DNA of 64,000 nucleotides from Thermoanaerobaculales bacterium. GTDB taxonomy: Bacteria; Acidobacteriota; Thermoanaerobaculia; Thermoanaerobaculales; Sulfomarinibacteraceae. The stretch is taken from the NCBI GenBank assembly GCA_036351195.1, contig JAZBOQ010000126.1, positions 8,059 to 72,058 of the forward strand, given 5' to 3'. The notes beneath the pieces were generated by a model. The model did not search any database and was not told the origin of the DNA. It saw only the letters and a list, made by a program, of their open reading frames with translations. Both the position numbers and the translations under genes were made by a program. The stretch's first letter is position 1; every line of letters starts with the position of its first letter. Positions 59,002 through 64,000 of the stretch are shown here, in pieces.

Positions 59002-60568
59002 GTCGCGAGGGATGCGATGGATGCCGGTGGTCGGTTCCCTGATCATCGCAGTGGCGGCGGCAGGATCGACCGGTTGCGTCGGGTCGACGGCCGGCAGGCA
59101 GGGAATCGAAGCTCCCGACACCGCGGCCCGGATACTGCCGTGGGAATGGTGGCGCGACCTGGCGACCATCGCGTCGGTGTCTCCGGGAGACCGGGTGGTC
59201 ATGCGTTCGAGCCACTGCCCTTCGGGCTGCGAATTCGACCGGCATGCTCCGGGCGACCACCGTTTTCTTCGGACGATGGACAACGGCGAGGGCGTGATTT
59301 TCTCCGCCGACGGCGCCGGTGCGGTGACCCGGATCTGGATGGTGATGGGCGACGGGATCAGCGAACCTCTGAACCCCTCGATCCGTCTCCGCATCCGCAT
59401 CGACGGCAGGCCAAGTGCGGTGGTGGACGTGCCCTTGCCGGAGCTCTTCGACGGGTCCACAGCGCCTTTCCTACCGCCACTGGTCGCCGATCTCCGTACC
59501 TCCGGTGGGGGCAACGTTTCATATGTACCCGTCGCCTTCCGAAACGGCTGCGAGATCAGCCTGGTGGGCGCCGAAAACGCCAAGATCTGGTTCCAGGTGT
59601 CCGCGAGGCTCTCGGACGACGCCACCGGTGTCCGGTCGTTCACCGGCGACGAGGATTTCGGCGAGCTTTCTTCGATTCTCGCCCGGGCCGGGGGAGATCC
59701 GTGGCCGGATCCGTCGATGCCCGTCGCCGATGGCGTGGTGGTGCTGCCACCGGGCGGAGCGAAGGTCATCGCCGAGCTGGCGGGGCCCGATCTCATCAAC
59801 GGCATCGTGATCCGTGCCCCGAGAAAGCACTGGGGCCGGCTCGGTCTGCGGTTGACCTTCGACGACCGGCCCCCTCAGCTCGTTCCATTGCTCGATCTCA
59901 CCGGCGTCATGACCAGCGATTCGGGGCCATCCGGTTCGCTGATGATGGGCGCCGACGAGGACGGCGATCTCTACTGTTACGCTCCGATGCCTTTCTTCGA
60001 GAAGGCGATCGTCGAGCTCATGCGGCGGCCCGTGGAGGGCCCTGACAGAGCCCGGGTCGAGTTCGCCCTGCGGACGGCCGGGACGCCGCCGCCGGATGAT
60101 GCCGGGTATTTCGGCATGCAGGCGCGCCGGCTGGGCTCAGCCGATTCCGAAGGCGAGATCGACCTGGTCGATCTCGACGGACCGGGCAAACTGATCGGAC
60201 TTGTGACCGATCTGAGACCGGCGAATGGTCGGAAATGGACCTTTCTCGAGGCCGACGAGCGGATCCGGGTCAACGGTGAGCCGAACCCGTCGTGGCACGG
60301 AACCGGGGTCGAGGACCTCTTCAACGGGGGCTTTTACTTCCGCGGCTCAACCGGTGAGCCGGCACCCTTCCTCGCGCCCTTCGCCGGCGCAACGCTGCTT
60401 CGCAGCGGCTACCCGAGGGCGGTGATGTACCGATTGCTGCTGCAGGATGCGATCCCGTTCAGCGCCGGAGTCCACGCCACCCTCGAGGAGCCGGCGAAGG
60501 GTGGGGAGGGCGTTCGGGGCCGGTCGGTGGCGTTTGTCTACACCGCCCGCGGCGTGCTTCGCGAGTAA
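58994..60568 (+). CDS. DUF2961-family protein (family that I recall being classed as GH172 glycoside hydrolases); probable lipoprotein
   Basis: Overlaps the upstream gene by 8 nt. The N-terminus is LIIAVAAAGSTGC (lipobox-like). Has DUF2961-type motifs (TRIWMV..., WHGTGVEDLFNGGFYF). The start could instead be ATG 59012. Confidence 0.7.
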   Translation: MGESRGMRWMPVVGSLIIAVAAAGSTGCVGSTAGRQGIEAPDTAARILPWEWWRDLATIASVSPGDRVVMRSSHCPSGCEFDRHAPGDHRFLRTMDNGEGVIFSADGAGAVTRIWMVMGDGISEPLNPSIRLRIRIDGRPSAVVDVPLPELFDGSTAPFLPPLVADLRTSGGGNVSYVPVAFRNGCEISLVGAENAKIWFQVSARLSDDATGVRSFTGDEDFGELSSILARAGGDPWPDPSMPVADGVVVLPPGGAKVIAELAGPDLINGIVIRAPRKHWGRLGLRLTFDDRPPQLVPLLDLTGVMTSDSGPSGSLMMGADEDGDLYCYAPMPFFEKAIVELMRRPVEGPDRARVEFALRTAGTPPPDDAGYFGMQARRLGSADSEGEIDLVDLDGPGKLIGLVTDLRPANGRKWTFLEADERIRVNGEPNPSWHGTGVEDLFNGGFYFRGSTGEPAPFLAPFAGATLLRSGYPRAVMYRLLLQDAIPFSAGVHATLEEPAKGGEGVRGRSVAFVYTARGVLRE

Positions 60569-60674
60569 CCACCAAGAGAATTCTGCTCCGCATCTGATCC
60601 CAGCGACACGGACCTCTGCTCTGCAACCCCCTACGACCAGGCCGGTCTCGACCGTGCCATTGGTCTCGATCCCC

Positions 60675-61934
60675 TCAGATCAACCACAACGCGACCAGGC
60701 TGAGGACGGCGATCCCGACGAGGGACGCCAGAGCTGCCCGTCCGGTGCTCTTCGAGCCGAAGGCGAAGGCATAGGCGCCCTTCATCACGTTGTTGGTGGC
60801 GGCGGCCAGCACCACCGCGAGGGCGGCGGTGGAGAGGGCGAGGTTGCCGCTTTCCACGTGTTGGGTGATGCCGAGGATGAAGGGATCGACGTCGGCGGCG
60901 CCCATGATGACGGCCATGACGAGCACTCCGGTCCCGCCGAAGCGATCGGCCACCATTCGGGTGGCGACGAGGACGACCGTGAATATGCCGGCGAAGGTGA
61001 AGGCGGAGCTGATCTCCAGCGGATTGGCGTGCGGCCGTTCGATCTCGTCGTCCGACGAGTTGTTTCCGCCGAGGCGGCTGAGGACGAATCCGAGGATGAG
61101 CGCCGCAGCGGCGAGGCCGCCGAAGAGCACCATGAGCTCGCGGGCGAGGGTCGGGGCGAAGAGATAGACCAGGATCCAGAGACGGATGTACATGACACCG
61201 GTGGCGGCTGTGATGGCGCCGGCGTAGGCGATGGCGGGATGACCGCCCGTCTTCGATTGGCGGGCCAGCACCACCGTCGTGACGGTGGAGGAGTAGGCGC
61301 CGCCGAGGATGCCGGAGAGCATCAGGGCCCGTCCGCCGTAGCGTTGCTGGAGCAGGTAGCTGGCGTATGAGACGCCGCTCACGGCGACCACCACCAACCA
61401 GATCTTGAACGGGTTGACCTCGTAGGCCGTGAAGTTCTGGTTCGGCACCGCCGGGAGGATCACCGCGGTGAGAACCAGAAAGCGAAGAAGAGTGCGGAGC
61501 TCGGTGCTGGGGATCCTGTCGGCCAGCCCTTCGAGACTCCGTTTCTCGTGCAGCAGGATGATGGCGACGATGCCCACGGCGAGGGCGATCCAGTACATCT
61601 CTCTGGCGGCGGTCGCTCCCAGCGTGAAGGTGAGGAGGGCGGCGACCTCCGTTGTCAGTCCCAGGTCACCTTCCCTGGCGCTGGCCCAGTGGGTGACCAA
61701 GAGCAGCCCCCCGAGTACGACGAGACCGGCCGCGAAGGGAACGGGCGAGTCGAAGACCCGGACGAGGAGAAACCCGCCGAGACCGATGAGGGGAAAGGTG
61801 CGGATGCCGCCGAAGAACCCGGCAGGATCGTCAAAGCGTTGCTCCTCGCGCTCCAGGCCGATGAGCAGGGAAATCCCGAGGGTGACGGCGAAACCGGCGA
61901 GCTCAGGCGGCAGGTGAGCGAGCAAGTTGTCCAT
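60675..61934 (-). CDS. MgtC/SapB-family membrane protein with a DUF4010-like C-terminal half
   Basis: GFAVTLGISLLIGLEREEQ is an MgtC-type N-terminus, followed by about 12 TM helices. Confidence 0.8.
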   Translation of the reverse strand: MDNLLAHLPPELAGFAVTLGISLLIGLEREEQRFDDPAGFFGGIRTFPLIGLGGFLLVRVFDSPVPFAAGLVVLGGLLLVTHWASAREGDLGLTTEVAALLTFTLGATAAREMYWIALAVGIVAIILLHEKRSLEGLADRIPSTELRTLLRFLVLTAVILPAVPNQNFTAYEVNPFKIWLVVVAVSGVSYASYLLQQRYGGRALMLSGILGGAYSSTVTTVVLARQSKTGGHPAIAYAGAITAATGVMYIRLWILVYLFAPTLARELMVLFGGLAAAALILGFVLSRLGGNNSSDDEIERPHANPLEISSAFTFAGIFTVVLVATRMVADRFGGTGVLVMAVIMGAADVDPFILGITQHVESGNLALSTAALAVVLAAATNNVMKGAYAFAFGSKSTGRAALASLVGIAVLSLVALWLI

Positions 61935-61938
61935 GATT

Positions 61939-62122
61939 CGATTATGAATGATGAATGATGATTTATGAATTCCATCGCATTGGATTCAGACCGGGGAGTG
62001 AGTCCACTCATCAACGCGACGACGACCATTCACATCGCTGCGAAGAATGTCCAAGGCAGCCCGGAGTGCGGCAACCAAGCGCGTCGGAGACTTCAGCGCC
62101 GTAGGGTGGGCCTTGGCCCACC
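61939..62122. repeat. Upstream region of the MgtC-like gene: 21-mer, CATCGCA anchor and REP
   Basis: Contains ATTATGAATGATGAATGATGA (61941-61961), CATCGCA (61973-61979) and GTAGGGTGGGCCTTGGCCCACC (62101-62122). Confidence 0.8.
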
Positions 62123-62218
62123 AGATCGTTTTCCGGCCTCGAACGACCACCCTGGAGCCTCGTCGTCAATTGCCTTTCCTCCAACTCATCGCGAGCGGTG
62201 GCAGGATCCAGCCGTGAG

Positions 62219-64000
62219 CTACTTCAGCAGGTTCTCCAACAGCTCCTCATCCGCGACCCTCGGCACGGTGACGTGCCCCCGGTCGGCATTCGCCTCGTTC
62301 CAGGTGTCCACGGTCTCGATCGCGTTGGCGTTCCGGGCCCAGGCGCGGCGGGCGACGCCGCCCATGGCGTCCCACTCCAGCGCCGTGTCCAGGAGACGGT
62401 CCACCCGCTCCGAACCGTCCAGGACGAGGCCGAATCCGCCGTTGATCGCCTTGCCGGTGCCGACGCCGCCGCCGTTGGAAAGCACGGCCATGGTCATGCC
62501 GCGGGCGGCGTTGCCGGCCCAACACTGGTGCGACATGTCGGCGACGTTCGAGGAGCCGTCGTAGATGTTGGCGGTCTCGCGGTAGGGTGAGTCGGTGCCG
62601 CCGGTGTCGTGGTGGTCGCGCCCCATCATCACCGGGCCGATCTCACCGTCCCGGACCATGGCGTTGAAACGCCGGGCGATGGCGGTGCGCCCCTCGGCGT
62701 CGGCGTAGAGGATGCGCGCCTGGGTACCCACCACCAAGGCGTTGGTTTCGGCGTCGCGGATCCACTGCCAGTTGTCGCGGTCCTGACCGCGGCGGGTGGG
62801 ATCGATGCAGGCCATGGCGGCCTGATCGGTGGCGCGCAGGTCCTCCGGCTGGCCGGAGAGGCAGACCCAGCGGAAGGGTCCGTAGCCGTAGTCGAAGCAC
62901 ATGGGGCCCATGATGTCTTCCACGTAGCTCGGCCAGATGAAGCCTTCGGAGGGGTCGGACCCATTGGCGGTGATCTCCGGCACCCCGGCGTCGTAGACGG
63001 CGCGCAGGAAGGCATTGCCGTAGTCCCAGAAGTGGGCGCCCTTGTCGGTGAGCCGTTGGAGGACCCGAAAGTGGCGCGCCAGGCTCTCGTCGACCATGGC
63101 CTTGAATCCGTCGCGGTCGTGGGCGAGCAGGTCGCGCATCTGATCGAATCCGACACCGGCAGGGCAGTAACCGCCGTCGTACGGGACGTGGCACGAGGTC
63201 TGGTCGGAGTACAGGTCGACGCCGATGTCCTCCTTGTCCAGGTACTCGAGCAGGTCGACGATGTTGCCGTGGTAGGCGACGGAGAGCGGCTCTCCGGCAG
63301 CGGCGGCTTCCAGCATCCACCGTGCGGACGTGGCGAGGTCGTCGGTCACCTTGGAGATCCACCCCTGGGAGTGGCGGGTCTCGATGCGCGAGGCGTCGAC
63401 CTCGGCGACGATCCCGGCGCCGCCGGAGATCTCCAACGCTTTGGGTTGCGCGCCGGACATGCCGCCGAGCCCCGAGGTGACGAAGGTGTGGCCGGCGAGA
63501 TTGCCGTCCTCGGGGACGCCGAGGTAGAGGCGGCCGGCGTTGAGCAGGGTGATGTAGGTGCCGTGGACGATGCCCTGCGGGCCGATGTACATCCATCCGC
63601 CGGCGGTCATCTGGCCGTAGTTGACGCAGCCCAGAGCGGCGAGCCGGTGGAAGTCCTCAGGAGTGTCGAACATTCCCACCATCAAACCGTTGGTGATGAT
63701 GGCCCGGGGTGCTTCGGGGCGGGATGGAAACAAGCCGAGGGGGTGGCCCGAGCTCACGACAAGCGTTTGCGTGTCATCCATGATTTCCAGGTAGCGCTTG
63801 ATCAGTCGGTACTGCATCCAGTTCTGGCAGACCTGGCCGGACTCGCCGTAGGTCACCAGTTCGTAGGGATACAGGGCGACGTCGAAGTCGAGGTTGTTCT
63901 CGATCATCACCTGCATGGCCTTGGCCTCGGTGATCTTACCGGTGTAGGTGTCGATGGGCTTCCCGGTCAAGCGGCCGTGCGGGCGGTAGCGGTAACCGTA
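62219..64000 (-). CDS. hutU: Urocanate hydratase; the N-terminus lies beyond the right window edge
   Basis: Has NAD-binding GLGGMSGAQPKA and an urocanase body (...HGTYITLLNAGR..., ...GGVGTGKAINGGFG...). The frame is still open at nt 64000, so the track's Met at 63970 is probably internal. Confidence 0.9.
   Translation of the reverse strand, partial: YGYRYRPHGRLTGKPIDTYTGKITEAKAMQVMIENNLDFDVALYPYELVTYGESGQVCQNWMQYRLIKRYLEIMDDTQTLVVSSGHPLGLFPSRPEAPRAIITNGLMVGMFDTPEDFHRLAALGCVNYGQMTAGGWMYIGPQGIVHGTYITLLNAGRLYLGVPEDGNLAGHTFVTSGLGGMSGAQPKALEISGGAGIVAEVDASRIETRHSQGWISKVTDDLATSARWMLEAAAAGEPLSVAYHGNIVDLLEYLDKEDIGVDLYSDQTSCHVPYDGGYCPAGVGFDQMRDLLAHDRDGFKAMVDESLARHFRVLQRLTDKGAHFWDYGNAFLRAVYDAGVPEITANGSDPSEGFIWPSYVEDIMGPMCFDYGYGPFRWVCLSGQPEDLRATDQAAMACIDPTRRGQDRDNWQWIRDAETNALVVGTQARILYADAEGRTAIARRFNAMVRDGEIGPVMMGRDHHDTGGTDSPYRETANIYDGSSNVADMSHQCWAGNAARGMTMAVLSNGGGVGTGKAINGGFGLVLDGSERVDRLLDTALEWDAMGGVARRAWARNANAIETVDTWNEANADRGHVTVPRVADEELLENLLK

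Noticed and set aside
1-64000. Search for a transposase, integrase, RAYT, phage or defence-system genes that could explain the repeats and the TA insertion
   Set aside because: None of the credible ORFs shows DDE, tyrosine/serine recombinase, HUH (RAYT) or known defence-system motifs. If such genes exist, they lie outside this window.

Overview
This is a 64-kb, visibly GC-rich bacterial chromosomal segment (about two-thirds G+C by eye, not computed), densely coding on both strands. I call about 52 protein genes. Most long antisense ORFs in the track look like GC-content artefacts. I found no rRNA, tRNA, CRISPR array, transposase or integrase. The gene content (CarboxypepD_reg-type TonB-dependent receptors, futalosine-pathway mqnA, stand-alone TrpB2, a DUF11/C25 giant protein) suggests an Acidobacteriota- or Gemmatimonadota-like lineage, but that is inference only.

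Housekeeping backbone: rnr, tyrA plus an aminotransferase, TrpB2, nadA-nadB-nadC, an acyl-CoA dehydrogenase, TolC, priA, mqnA, hpt, two ABC exporter half-transporters, mgsA, and hutU (partial at the right edge).

Most interesting locus, 4034-6579: a compact radical-SAM/SPASM RiPP cassette. It consists of the maturase, a 59-aa 3-Cys precursor that is not listed separately in the ORF track and overlaps the maturase stop by ATGA, a stand-alone PqqD recognition protein, and an HPr-kinase-like P-loop protein. It starts 6 nt after a giant DUF11-repeat/C25 cysteine peptidase gene. I cannot assign its product to any described RiPP class.

Other accessory features:
- A TetR/TonB-receptor pair followed by a lipid-type enzyme cluster (SDR, KAS III-like with a degenerate triad, alpha/beta hydrolases, acyl-CoA ligase, SCP-x-type thiolase).
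- A Doc/RHH toxin-antitoxin cassette that appears to have replaced the body of a hydrolase gene.
- A PspC gene followed by a tandem paralog pair.

The second striking property is the intergenic DNA. It contains at least five families of repeats: REP-like hairpins including an inverted doublet, a hairpin with six compensatory stem changes and a conserved loop, AT-rich hairpins whose arms are 7-8-nt tandem arrays, an exact 21-mer carrying a CATAAT box just upstream of three start codons, and GGGNNC hexamer arrays with G-quadruplex potential. These are assembled into mosaics of up to about 970 bp.

All calls rest on reading the sequence and translations. No database search or folding computation was run.
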